This document shows, in pieces, positions 9,888 through 23,637 of a DNA stretch of 64,000 nucleotides (within the stretch, counting starts at the first letter, position 1; every line of letters begins with the position of its first letter). Both the position numbers and the translations under genes were made by a program. The notes under the pieces are model-generated. The model saw nothing but the letters and a program-made list of their open reading frames with translations. It ran no database searches and was not told the origin of the DNA. Source of the DNA: Podarcis erhardii (lineage: Eukaryota); NCBI GenBank assembly GCA_964252035.1, contig OZ176202.1; one strand, written 5' to 3'.

Positions 9888-12800
9888 CATTTGCCCTGTG
9901 CATCAGAAAATGTGGATTATGCAGGTCTGCTGAACTTAACTTCTCCCCATCCCTAGCAGTAAAAGGGGACATCGTCACATGTGCATTTATATTGTCCTCT
10001 CTTGTTTTCAGTTAACTTCTTATGCTTTCAGTGATGTCATCATGCAGCCAAATTTGATTGACCATACTTAGCATTGTGATGCAATTCCAACAACTGTTTA
10101 ATCCCTGATTGGCTTTGATTTCCCTGCCATGCCAGGGTTTAAATTATCCACGGCCACCTCCACCCCCATTGGTGCTGATTGGTCACCAGGGCCCGCCCCT
10201 TGAGCAGGGCCCCATGCAGTGCCAACAGCATGGACAAGCAGCGACAGGGAGGGTGCCAGTCTCTGTCCCTGGGGCGGATCAAGGCAGCACCACCCACCCA
10301 ATAAGTTGAGCAGACCTTCAATCACCCCCATAAGTAATCCAGAAAGAAGAAGCAGTAGCTGGAGAATAGGAAATTGCATGGAAATAATAGCAGCAAACCA
10401 GGATGTTGGCACTGAACATGACTGGATGGTGATGGTACAGTAAATGTTTACATAGTCTAAAGGGATATTTGTGGAAATACTTTACACCATCAAAATCACT
10501 ATTTTTGCCTGAAAACGTCAAATATTCAGGGCAGCCCCAAGTGCACTCAGCCATTGTAATCAGAGGGTTTGATGCACACTTAATTATTGAAATCAATGGA
10601 ATTTAAGTAAGACTAAATTTAATTAATTTGTAGTGCATCAGGTTGGAAAGGCTGCTCTGAAGTATCATGAAACTCAGCAAAGTTTCAGCAGGCTGGGGCA
10701 CTTTGCTTCTGCACATGCAGATCCCTTCTCCCATTGTAAACCCCCCCCCCCAACTCTCTTCGCAATACAGTAGCCTGTCTTCTTGAGGCTATAATTTGAT
10801 AAAAAAGGCTGCAGCTTTCTTATTAGAGGCAGTCAGTTGACAGAAAGTATTCCTGGCTACTGCTGCAATCTGGATGTCCAACGCTCCCATAAACCTACAA
10901 ACCAGAGATTGACTTCACTCTTCCAGGGCAAATGCTCCACAGATAGTGTACAATGAAAAAATATATAAAGCACAATAAAATCACATAGTAAATTACTAAA
11001 AACAGTAGCAAAACAAAAGGGATAACTGAACAACCAAACATTCATAGGACAAGCAAAGTTCTCATTTCACAACATGCAGCAAAAAGTGTGCTTGTTTATT
11101 TATAAGATTTCTTAGCTGCCTTTCGGCATCAGGTCCACTGGCAGGTTACAACAACAGAATATAAAACAGCAAAAAAACTGCAATTATAAAACATGTAAAA
11201 TGAGTCCAAATGAAACAGAACAATATAAATTCAGCAAAAAAGCAGGGTCCATAAAAAATTAAATACCCTAATTGACAAAGGCCAGGGTAAAGAGACATGT
11301 AGCAAAAGCTAAAGATATAAAGATAAGGTCTTTATAATATTTGGCAAATTTAGTAATCCCCAAATAGGTTACCTTAGTGAAATCATGCATGTTACACATG
11401 CAGTTAACATGTTCAGAATATTTTTCTCCTGTCATGTAAATATCACTGGTTACAAGTATAGAATGACTTTTTTTTAACTGGCCTGACTCCTCAGTTGGAT
11501 ATTACTTCAACACAGGTGACGAGACAGCATTCTTCATTGCACCTGAGACAGCAGAATACTGTAGTGGGGCAGGACAGTCTCTGTAACATAAACAGGGAAT
11601 GGCTTGGGGGCTTAGAAGAATCTGCCAGGGGGCTACTGCTGCCATCTAGCCTCTGCTGCTTGAGGTGGTCATCTCACCTTGACTAATGGCAGGGCCGGTC
11701 CTACTCTACCACTGAAGAAACACTGTTTGAACAAAACCTTACAGTAAGCCCTCTCTAGTTACTAAGAAGGCAACATTTAAAATAGGATAATTCACTGTTA
11801 TGACTGATACAAAATCAGTACCGCAGTGAGAATAGCTTTCATATTCAACAATAAAATGTGAAGAGGAAGCACATCATCTACCTGCACCTATTTTTGCGCC
11901 CATTTGATGGTGGCAACTTGTACTCTGATCTAGCCAATCTCAACATAATAAGTAATCGTTTTACATAAATATCAATGGATATCCATTTTATTGAGGCTCC
12001 TTATATTAGCTCTTTGTTTGTAACTGGAAACTGGAACTGTGATATACAGTATGTCTCTAATGTTTATCCAAAGGTGAAGACCTTCACATGTGTGGTTGTA
12101 CAAACTTCTAAGATTTCTGTAAAAAGGTATATTTTGGGCCTGTCATATGATTAATTAAAATTGCCTTTATAACACTGTCTAATAAGTATTTTATATTTAC
12201 TTTGAAAAAAGATGATCCTACATTTTTACTCTGTGAAGTTATCATGATTTAAGATACAAACTGCATATCTGAAAAAGTAACACTCCAAAGGTTTTAATAT
12301 CTGCACATAGTATTGTTATTCTTTAATTTATAAAAATAGTTATATACTGCTATTCAACAATTATAGATAAAAGTATAGATCAAAAACCATGTAAAAGTTT
12401 AAACGAGAAATAGTCTTTTGTGAGCTGATCAACATATTACTTGATCACTTGATGAGTTATCTTCAAGCGAACCCAGTTCCCCAGATTAGGAGACTACCAC
12501 TCTTAACCACTACACCACACTGGCTCCCCTTGAGAGGGATGTCACCACACCATTTTGCACAGGATCTTGTCTACTTAAAATCTCTTGTACTGCAAAGTTG
12601 CTTCTCTGCTACGAGACCTGTATAAGGCATCCACTTTCAGTATAGATATCTTTTCAACCTCATGGCCCTCATTCCTCTCTAATATATTACCTAAGAATCA
12701 ACTTGAACTGTACCAATTTAGACCATTTAAAACAACAAAACTCATGTTTACTGCTAAGCACAGAGACAGAAGTATCAGGAGATACAAGCAAAAGATAAGC

Positions 12801-15800
12801 ATAACATTTTGGTTCTGCTTGTGCTTGCCAGCCCTAAGACTTAAAAAGTGCCTACTTCAGCACCAAAATACATCTGCTTATGAACTATGGAGAGCAGCGC
12901 TTTCCCGAGGATGGTGATTTCTAAACCACCTTCATCTCCCGTCCCATCAGTCACTGCGTATGCATGCTGTGTGAATTCTGAAAAGAACAGAAGTGAGAAC
13001 CAAGCTTTGAAATGTAATTCCCATCATTTATTTATTTTTAAATTGTTGGCTAGAGGAAAATGAAATGTTTTAACAAAGGTCAATGGGACACAACTTAATC
13101 TTTGCTGAGTGATAGAACCAGAAGCAGCCAATCCCGCCACTCCCCTGCTGAAGCCTTACCACGCATGTGCTGCAGCTTCCAGATTCATGTGGAATCTCAT
13201 AAGAGGTCTGTAAGATCTTGCCAGAACCTGGAAACCACAGCCACTTCTCCTTGCTTCTCCAGTGGCAGCAGTGGGGGTGGGGAGAGAGGGGGTCTTTCAG
13301 CCATGGGAGAAGTGAGGAGAATCGGCGGCTGTGGCGAGATCTTCTGTGAGTTCTGTGGGATCCCGGAAGAGTTCCATGAGATCTCAAGGGATTTTGCCAG
13401 AAGCTGCTGCCGCTTTCCCTCTTTTCCCCACTGGTGCCACCCCTTGGGATTCTGCTGCCCGAGGCGGTTGCCTCAGTCTGTCTCACAAGTGGGCTGGCCC
13501 TGGGTGGAGCATCTGCTTCACATAAAGAAGGTCCCTGTTCAGTTCTCAGGTAGAACTGTGAAAGACTCCCAGACTGAAATTCTGGAGAGATTCTGCCAGT
13601 CAATGAAGACAATGCTGAGCTAGATGGACTGATGGTGTGATTCAGGAACATAGGAAGCTGCCTTATACAAACTACTTGAGCTGAAGTCTTTGGGAGTATA
13701 TCTTAACAACCTCTTGAAGGGTATTTTTTAAATAATTGGATCAGTAAAATGATACTTGGCAAGTACCAGCCTGCAAATTCATCAAGGGAAAGAAGCAGCC
13801 AGCCTACAGCATGCCTTTCTTAATGAGGTATTTAACAGACACTTCTTGAAAAACAAAAAAACATCCTGCTGGCAAGTGATGTATGTGATTATTACATCAT
13901 CATCTTCTGGAACAGAGCCCAGAGCCTTTGAGAGTCCAGCTACTTTCGCAAATGAGATGTTAAGAGCAGATCTCTTTGGAAAGCTTGCAAACTAACTAAC
14001 AGCAGTTGGTCTAATAAAAAAAGATGCCCTTAACCACAGCATGTCTTGCTCATTGTCTGGGATGACTAATAGGAGTAGTAGCACATTGTACAGTCCAATT
14101 TGCAGCATTAGAAAAGAAGCTGAATAATTCCCTTACGGATATATAAAGCTGCCTTATGCTCAGCAAAGCCACTAGCCCATCCAATTCTATAGCATCTGCT
14201 TCTGACCTGCACAAATTGTCCAAAGTATGATGTAAATAAAGGGACTGAGGATCAAATGTCCTGTGTAGTCCTACTGCTTACAGTGGCAAGGCTGAAAACA
14301 ACAACAACCATGGACTCCTACAACCTTTAATAGTTGTGTAGGCTAAGCACACAATTTCAGCAGGTATAGCTTGTCATGCATTAAAGCTTAGCGTGGCTAA
14401 TTTCTGAGAAAACATGCGTACGTTTGACTTGCATTATCTGTGAAATAGATATAAGAATGGTTTACTTTATAGTACCATCTTATTATAAAAGAAAAGTGAG
14501 TAGGATGGGGCATTTCAAACTGAAGTAACAAAACAACCAACATCTGTACCGCTACTTGCTGTATGTGTGCCAAATTGTATCTATGAGGTCAAAATAGTTT
14601 GTTTCTCACACAAATTGGGACTGGCTCGAAATATTAGTTTGAACAATATCTCAAATTCCAACCAGCATTCATGAAAAATCAGGGTAAGCTCTAATTAAAT
14701 ACCAATGATTGCTGCTATAATACAAGCAATCAAAATATGGAATATATTTATTATATAATAAATGGCCCCTGATGTGGGAACAAAAGCTTTCAAGAGTTTC
14801 TAAACTGACTCCCTAAAGATGATAAACAAGGGAGAGCCCACAAACCTACAAGCAAGCAATAGCAATGTGATCTCTTCCTTCTTCAGAAGAGCCCACAGAA
14901 CCCAATAAAAGAGATAAAATACAAAAATCAGATTAAGTCTGTTTGCAGAGCAAAAAACATTTAAGCAGGCCAAATTACTGGTGTGGAACCCCTTCCCGAA
15001 ACAGCTTGAGCTTTTGAACTTTGCCTACAGGCAGTTGCAGTTATCATGAAGCCATGGAAAATGTACTAAGCCTCAGAAAAATATCAAGACAATTTACAGA
15101 AAGTATTTCAGCACCATTTACTGTGACATTATCAGAGAGTAGGATATTATTAGCGGAGGAAGCATAAAAAGAAGAAGAAGAAATAAGTTATATTTGCTTT
15201 AAGAAATGCACACTCATTTTTGGGGGGGAAGGAATAGAGAAACTAAAGGGTAGGTGGGGGAAGAGGCACCCAAGAAATATGTGCAAAAATAGCTGGACAA
15301 TTAAAAATATTTTTTTTTCCTTTTTGAATGACTGTCAATTATTCTGAAGGGGGTGGACTGACCCCTGAGAAATAGGCCTTATGACATCTAGCTCAGAAGC
15401 ATTTTGTCTCTCCCCCACCCATTTTTTGTTTTTGCTGTGGTTGTCATGAGAGCCCTACACTGTACTTAGTTGTTCAAAGTCTGTAGACCAACTACATTCA
15501 TAAAGATTAAGTGCTTTATATGCGTTATAACACTGTGACACCAGATGGCACTGTGGAGTCCCGTCTTTCACCAACGGGATTTCCCTGTAGGAAGTTTACA
15601 ATGCGTTTAACTGAATCACTTCTTTGATGTGTCTAGATCCAGCCCAAGTAGACCGAGTGGACAAAATTATTGTTTGCTCTGACTGAAAGTTGCTTCCAAG
15701 CATTTCAGAACAATATTAGGCAGGTTGCACATTTCATGAAAATTGTGGTCCACCTGCGCGGGGAATATCTAGTACAAAACTGATTTATGCAGAGACACCT

Positions 15801-15890
15801 TTGTGTCCTCTATCACTTTGCTCAATTGTCATGTTTTTAGTTTGCATTTTTATCCTGTGAACCACCCTGAGATCTATGGATAAAGGGTAG

Positions 15891-15891
<1 letters not shown>

Positions 15892-15944
<53 letters not shown>
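15892..15944 (+). repeat. (AAT)n microsatellite, tail of an L2-type 3' end
   Basis: Directly visible; preceded by gtgaaccaccctgagatctatggataaagggtagtat, an L2-like terminus. Confidence 0.85.
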
Positions 15945-15945
<1 letters not shown>

Positions 15946-16232
15946 TCATCAGTAGATTACCTCTCTATCATCACCACCAGCATTCCCCATTTCTCCCTAA
16001 GTAGCATGTAGACAGTACTCTATTTGAGGGGTTCCTTAAAGATAAAGAACCATAAGACTAGGGAGAAAGGGCTGAGATGTATTATATTTCTATTTAAATC
16101 AACATCATTATTTCTACATTTGTATTTACACATATGAATTAGCACCCACAGATTTTATGGAACTCTTTTTGACAATGCCTGGGTAGCCACCCTAACTTGA
16201 GCCCTGCCAGAAAAATACATTTATAATAATAA

Positions 16233-16529
16233 TGTTAAGTTGTGGGCGAACATGTCAGACGACACAGCGATTCTTTAAACAGCTCTTCTTTATTCAGATG
16301 CCAGAACAGAACTAGGCTGAGGAGCTCAGTCAGCCTGCTTATATAGAGCTCCAGAACAATGCAACTGTTGCCATTTTCTAAAACTATCCAATCACTGAAC
16401 GTCACTTTTTGATCCTTCATTTGCATACAAAACTATCCAATCACTGAACATCACTTTTCGATCCTTCATTTGCATAACTATCTACAGTATCCCCCTGCTG
16501 TCCCAGGGTGAGAACTTGAGTTCATAACA
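16233..16529 (-). mobile_element. Solo LTR, copy 1, with a 49-bp internal tandem duplication
   Basis: TGTTA...TAACA termini and 5-bp TSD AATAA (in low-complexity sequence). Minus-strand TATA (CTATATAAG, 16338-16346) and AATAAA (16289-16294). Homologous to 25891-26148. Confidence 0.85.
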
Positions 16530-18029
16530 AATAATAATGTTATTATTTATACCCCACCCATCTGGCTGGGTCTCCCGAGCCACTCTTTGGAAGGGACTCC
16601 TCTGTCTTCAATCACATATTGCCATACTGAGTCCAAAAATGTATTACTTGTCATGAACATCTCTTGTCTTCACATCTCTTCCTTCAAAATCCTCACAGGA
16701 AAAAAAAAACATGTTATTCCTGCTGAGAGCTGCTGACTGGAAACAGGAATGTGTGTGCCCTGGGTAAGACTTCTTGTAGTTTTCACCTTTACACAAACCT
16801 CAGGCTGATTCCTCAGCGTTTTGCTTCCTGTTGCCTTGGGGGTGAAATCCTTGGCAATTCACGCATTCAAAATATCTCTGGTGACATTTGTGATCTCCCA
16901 AGAGGTGGGCGCTTGTTGCTAGGGCATTTACAGTCAAAAGCAGGTTTGCTGGTACAGAAGGTAGCTAGATTGACACTCCCAATATTGAGACTGCATATAT
17001 ATTAGGCCTTCCCCCCCCCCCAACACCTCCCCAGCTCTGCAAGGAAAGATTGGCAGGACTCACAAATCCCCATAGGAATCAAATGAATAATTGACAATAG
17101 AAAAGAGAGAGGAAGATTGAATACACAGAATAGCTTTTTTTAGATAGACTTTTCTTCTCCCTCCCACCCATCTAATGTGTTAAATAAGACCCCAATAGTT
17201 CGTTCCTTATCCAGTTTTTAGAAGCCTGTACAACTGAACCAAAATTCAAAAATAGTATTCAATCAGATAAATTGAGTCTGCATCATTAATAATGACTTTC
17301 TAATTTTCATGGTTGCAAAAAAAAATATAAAAATACTTCAATGATTTCAAGGCAGCAATTTCTGTTAGGATGTGGGAATATTCTCCATCTCTAAGCCAGT
17401 GCATCTTTTCGTAATACTGTGCTGTATTTGAGAGGGTAACCATTCACAACTGAAAAATGCAAACATCTAGTTTTCCAAGTCCAACCCATCACCTTTTGAA
17501 ATATACAGTCCAAAAGCATAGCAATTGCTATTGCAGCTGGTCAGTCATTTACGGTCCACTGACCAAAAATAGCAGGATAAAAGTTGGTTACATAAAATAT
17601 GCACATAAACTATTGCATGAAATATCAGAAGAGTAGCCACATTAGAATCTTGCAGCAAAAGAGTGAAACAGTCTTGTGGCAGCTTAAAGACAAATAAATG
17701 CATTATGGCCTAAAGCGTTGTGGACTCAAGCTTGCTCCTTCAGACACATGAAGTGTTTGCAGGTATAAAAAAGAAAAAGATATAAAATATATTAAAACAT
17801 AATTTATAAAAAATAGAGTCGGCAAAACAGATCACAGCTGATAAAACTGAATTAAATCTCATATTAATATAAAAACAGAGGCTTTTGCAGAGATGAAGGA
17901 TCATCAAAATATTAAAGGATAACCAGGATGATTTCCACCCCCTAAAGAACTTTGTGGTCATCATACATCTCCTGAAAGCCTAAGGTACATTTTGCTTTTC
18001 TCTGTATATTAGCACTTGATATATACTGG

Positions 18030-18185
18030 CTTCTGAATGCCAGCTGCTGGGAATCACAAGTGGGGAGTTTGTGCTCAGGTTCTGCTTTTGGGCTTTCATT
18101 AGGCATCTGCTTTGCACCTGTGAAAATAGGATGCCACACTAGATGGTCTACTGGCTTGACCTAGCAGGTTCTTCTATTCTTATTA
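18030..18185 (+). mobile_element. Old CR1 LINE 3' end
   Basis: gggaatcacaagtgggg...ggcatctg...ctagatgg...cttctattctta, similar to the CR1 ends at about 23500-23637 and 43890-43967. Confidence 0.6.
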
Positions 18186-21100
18186 GGCAACTAGTTAAGG
18201 CAGTTTTACTAACATTGTCATTGGTTTTATTTTTGCCTCAAGGCGTTTTATCACAGTTGCCCGCATATTTTCAGAAGAAAGGGATCATTCCTCACTGCTG
18301 AGGTTTCATTTATTGAAGTAAGATAAGCCACAATATCTGAATTCAAACCAATTTTGGCTGTGGTCCTAAGGAGACTTGGGAAGAAGGCAGACAGGCAGGT
18401 AGGCAGGTAGGCAGGCATTCCAAGTGTGGGAGAAGTGGTTTTGAAGCATGTATATTTTCTGCCCTGGAAACAAATGGTTTTAGCTTAGTTCAGATGCACC
18501 ATATCTGTTTTGACTACAGGGTGATCATGAGCAATTGAATGGGAGAAGTTAGTAGGATTTGGGTTTCAATTCTGGTCCAGAATTTGAGTGTTGGGGCTGC
18601 TTCCCTATGCCCCCAAATATTGTTCCTGGCCCCAACCCCACTCTTTCTCTCAGAAATATAGGTTCCCTGTATGAAATAGGTGGATCTCTCTGAGAAATTG
18701 AATATGGAATATGTTATGTAAAATGAAGAATTTTTGTATTTTCCTATTGTCAGTTCAGCACTTATTGTTTCTCTCCAAGTTATTTAACAAAAGGAAGTTA
18801 TTCATCTGTGAGTGATTTGACAGTATAAATGATGCTATGTTGTGTTCTTGTTGTCATTACAATTAATCAAGCAAGAGAGTCTGACACATTCCAGCATTGT
18901 TCATCTTGAAGTTGAATAACCAAGATATGGTATTATCCACACTCTGAAGTTCAAGATGGGCTTCTTCTACTTGGTGACAAAAGTTTAGAATAATAAACAA
19001 TAAATGACAATAAATGTTAGATGTTGTAGGTTACTTGGTTCTAAGATATCCCAGCAATCAGACTGGGAGGCCTCAAAGCTCTATATAGGAATTAAAGAGA
19101 GCCACACCAAATCTCCCAGGTCCATTCTTGACAAGAAACTGCTTTTTCAAAAATTCTCAAAATACCCTGTTCTGGAACATTGCCCCACCATCAAATTGAA
19201 TGTCACATAGAACAGCAAGGAAATAATGTGATGTTGAGGCAAGCTTCATTGTGTCACCAAACTTCTGAATAGCTCACCTGTAGTAAATTGTCCATATGTT
19301 TTTTAAAAAGAAATGCAGTCAGGAGCACTCAGGTATCCCACAACAAATGTGACATGCCCCCAAACTCTAGACATGAAGAATAGGTAAACCTTCCTGCCCA
19401 TCTCTCATGGGACTTCTCTCATACAGACTGACAAGCAGAGAGAGATATCATGACAAGCCTCCATCTTGCCCAGCTAGAATGTGGAGAGCAAGCCAGCACT
19501 GGATGAAAGAAGATCATCCCTCTTCTATCTGTTATTATCAGATGAGCACATGAACTGTGTTAGTATTGAGGAATACATTCCACTCCCAATGTTATCTTCT
19601 TAGTGTTGTTGTTTTGAGTTAGGCAAGGAGCTGTGCTTTCTGAGCTTAGTTTTGTTCCACCAATTACTAAAGCACCAACACCATGGATGGTGTGGTCTAA
19701 TGATATCTATGGCCCCACAATGGATGAGTGTTTTTGTCTCATAAACAGTCATGGCCAATTCCATGTGCAACTGTTATTGCTGCAGCTTCTCAGACATGCC
19801 CTGCACTTTCCAAACACTTAAATGCCCTCTTTGGCAAATTGCCTGGTAGTAATGCCTATTAATTTCACGAGAAGTGTATTGTTAATTAAAAGACTGCCTC
19901 CTGAAGCTATTAACGTTAAAGAGATTTCTTCAGTGATTGGCATTCCAATATCCTCTTCTTTCCTATTATGAGTTCCATTAAACCCCAGAGGTTCCTTAGT
20001 CAGTAGTATTGACAAAAGCACACTTTGAATAACCCTGGTGTGTTGCTAAATAACATTGGAATATTTGCATAGAATAGAAATCATGAAAGTAGGTGTAATA
20101 GCCTCAATTTTTCATTAACTATATTGTAATAATACAGGTACCACTGACACCTGAGATAAGTGTTTCGGGACCCACTCTATTCTTGTGAATGCAATATGGT
20201 TTAACTGTTTTTAATTCTGAATTTAAAATTGTTGTAACCCACCCTGAACCTGTTGAAGGGTGGATAATAATTTTGTTGTTAAGAAGAAATCATGTTGCTG
20301 TTATCTATAGTCTACAACTGCCCATTGATGCTGAGGATGACACAGTACTTTATTACAATAATAATAATAAATTATGGCATAATTGAGTGAACTACACAGT
20401 ACTCCTCTCTCTACAGTTGTTGTCAATAGAAGAAAATCCTGGCTCAGTGCGCCTCTTCCAGGAACGAGTGCCTCTCCCTCACACTTGCTTATATGACCAG
20501 ATACTGTACTATCCTTTATGTAATCAGAAAGATGATGTATGGGATGGTGCTAATGGAATGGGGGTGTGGATTCAATTAATCAGCTTCAAAACAAGAGACT
20601 CTGAACCAAGATAAATCTTAGAGGCATATCTCAGCATGGTGATTTTTCTTGGCATTGAAAAATTCCTTATTAGCTAGAAGAACTGGTGAGCAGATGAAAT
20701 GCCTCTGAATCCACTTGGAAATCACAAAAGCAGTGAAAAGATACAGCAAGCATGGCACGATGCAAACAACACACCAAAACCTCCAACCCCCAACTTTGTT
20801 GACATGTTAAGCAGTCTTTGTTTGCATTGTTCCATTTTATGTTTCTGTGCTCCACATTCATTTGGGCTTAAGCCAATCTCTGTCTGCCAAGTCACAATGA
20901 TTTCTGGAGAGCTTTCTCAGGAGTCCTTCAGGAACGTTTGGAGCACCAGCCCTCCCTTCTCTGAGCTGTATGAGACATTCCCTTTCTTGATGAAGTAAGT
21001 TGGCAACTCCTCAGCTTCCTCCTGTGGGTTACACAAGGAGAAAGCTGTTATTTGAGCATAGAAGAGTATAAAAATGCTGGCTCCACCACCCCTGTGTCTT

Positions 21101-22821
21101 TCCTTTTTTCAACACTCATGCTACTTGCCCCTCTAGAAGCTTCCCTGCACCCTTCAGCACTGTCAAAATGGCCAGTCTATGAAGCAGAGCAACAATTTTC
21201 AGTGTCTGGTGCTGATGATGGCATGCCACTGTTGATTAATGGAGAAACCACATTTTAAATACATATATAGAGCATGTTGCAGGCATAGGACGTGTCCATG
21301 CAGGATGTACCTTGTGGGAACATTCAGTCAAGATGAATATTATACTGTGAATCCCGGTTTTAAGCAGAACTCAGCTTTGGATATGCGCTAACTTACACAC
21401 GATTCCAAGCTAGACATGAATGGGTCTTTCCCCCATTCAGGTGGTCCTTTGCAATTTAGTCAGTAGAGGTCTACCCACTGCAAGTTCCATCTGATACATT
21501 AGCTTGATAGGGTTTTGAAAATTTCAGAAGACTGAAGAAGCAAAGGAGAAATCACAACTATAAATGGAGCAATGCACATACTGCACCACCATGGACAGCC
21601 TCAGTATCTGGAATGAGATTGATAGTAATTCATAGACATATTCTCCCTTGTTTGTTGCTTTACATACATTAGTGGGTTGAGATGAGCGGAAACTGCATTG
21701 AGATCCCCAGCATGGTGTCCATGGGCACCAGTGTGCTGCCAGTACCTCCTATAGCGCCTGCAAAAGATCTCAATAGATATCCCATCAATACAAGGAAGAC
21801 TGTTTAGTCTTCCTGCCTATTTACACTAGCTTAGCCCCTCCTACACTGAACGCATATCTTTAACATGCCCCAATATCATTGGATGCCTGGACTGGTCTGG
21901 ATAACCATTCTCCTTTCTACTCTGAGCAGAGAATATGTGCAAAGAGCTTTTTTTTGTGAGTGAGATGGTGGCCGAGTTGGATGCCTTTTCCACCATTGAC
22001 TGGTAGGCTGATGGGAAAGAAGTCTGCACCATTTTGTGATCCTGTCTCTCTTTCTGCTCCTTCAGACATGGCAGTCATTTAGAGTTATGCCGTACCCTAT
22101 GACAACCATTTTTTTTACTGGACTCTGTGGCACTTTCCAAAAGTGCCAAATGTGCCCACTCACACAAAAAGGTTAGCAACTGTTTTCCTGTACCTGTTTT
22201 CCATTTCATGGGTTAGTGTAAGAAGTTCCTATATTGTTTAGGAGGAAAGATTTTTTTTAATGCTTTATTGAAAGAAAAACAAACAAAAATTCATCCAAAA
22301 AGTAAAAACAGTAATATACGTTACCTCAGATCATAAATTCTTCTTATGTCTATAATGACATAGGGAAAAAGATTTCAATGGTACCCGAATCCTTCCCACC
22401 CTCCTACTTCTTATCGCATGAAATCAGTGGCCCAAAAGAAGTTTCTGAGGCATCTGTTAAAATTTTCTGAAGCTTGACCAATCCGATTAGGCAGATTATA
22501 CGCCATTAAAGGACAGGGCAATTAAGCACAATGTTTATCAAAGAAGCTTCTGGAAAATGAAGTCTTGCTCAAAGGCCCAGCAATGCACAACATGATGTGC
22601 TTTTAGTACATGTGATACTGTATGATTGCAATCAGTTTCAGCTGGTCAGGAATATACCAGACAGCAAGACTGCCTAATGTTAAAGCAGTTTCCCCTGTCT
22701 CATGACAGAACTTTTCAGAACACAATGCAATTCAGTAACATTGTTGCTGAGTTTAGATGCTTTGGCCTGGGCAAAAACTTTTGAGGGATTTTGGGGAAAG
22801 TGAAAGTATTTGCAATAAATT

Positions 22822-22886
<65 letters not shown>
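22822..22886. repeat. (TG)n(GA)n compound microsatellite
   Basis: Directly visible. Confidence 0.95.
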
Positions 22887-23009
22887 ACCCTGATTTCACC
22901 ATGGGAAATATAAGGTGAAGTAAGAGTTCATTGCTTAGATAAAAACTTTATGAGAAAGCTAAAAAGAGTAAGAGTTGTCTGGAAGATGTATGTACCAAAT
23001 CCTTACATA

Positions 23010-23637
23010 TAAGCATAAGAACTGCTGGATCAGCCAAGCATTCAGTTCCCCATAGTGGCCAACCACTTCATGGTTTACCATGCATATTTCTCAGTACACA
23101 GACACAGAAAAAGGCAAACCAAATTATCAAAGGACTGGAGCAAAGGTTCTATATGGGGCTTTTTAGGAGGAAAAATAAGTCAGGGGAGACAAGATACAGG
23201 TGTATAGCAGTATCATTTATATCGTTTTAACACAACACTATACAAAAGTACATATGGAGAAGTTTTTTCTTCCTGTCTCATAATATTAGAACTTGGGACC
23301 ATCAGGACAGACAAGTAGTTTTTCATACAGTGCATTGTTAATCTATGCAATTCGCTTGCACAGAATGTAGTGGTGGTCACCAACTTGAATGGCTTTAAAA
23401 GAGTATTAGACTAATTCATGGAGGATAAGGCAATCAGTAGCTACCAGGCTGAGTTGCTATGTTGGAGGCAGGATGCCTCTGAATACCAATTACTGGGAAT
23501 CACAAGTGGGGAATGCTGTTGCACTCCGGTCCTGCTTGTGAACTTCCCATAGGCATCTGGTTTGCCACTGTAATAACAGGATGCAGAACTAGATAGAGTT
23601 TTGATCTGATCCAGTAGGACTCTTCTTATGTTCTCAT
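23010..23637 (+). mobile_element. Degenerate CR1 LINE 3' fragment
   Basis: CR1-like ORF2 end (ggctttaaaagagtattagactaattcatggaggataagg) and 3' terminus (gatccagtaggactcttcttatgttc). Confidence 0.7.

Noticed and set aside
13070-13651. Overlapping 193-aa (minus) and 173-aa (plus) ORFs
   Set aside because: No recognisable domain, Ser/Arg/Cys-rich composition, and DNA resembling the repeat-like tract near 61160-61360; probably a decayed non-autonomous element.
17672-17750. Second, older Penelope terminal fragment (minus strand) checked for a hammerhead
   Set aside because: The core is decayed (CUGAAGG, and GAAA is lost), so it cannot be a ribozyme.
20921-20994. AG...GTAAGT-bounded 74-nt exon-like segment
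   Set aside because: No similarity to any protein I recognise and no partner exons; such site pairs arise by chance.
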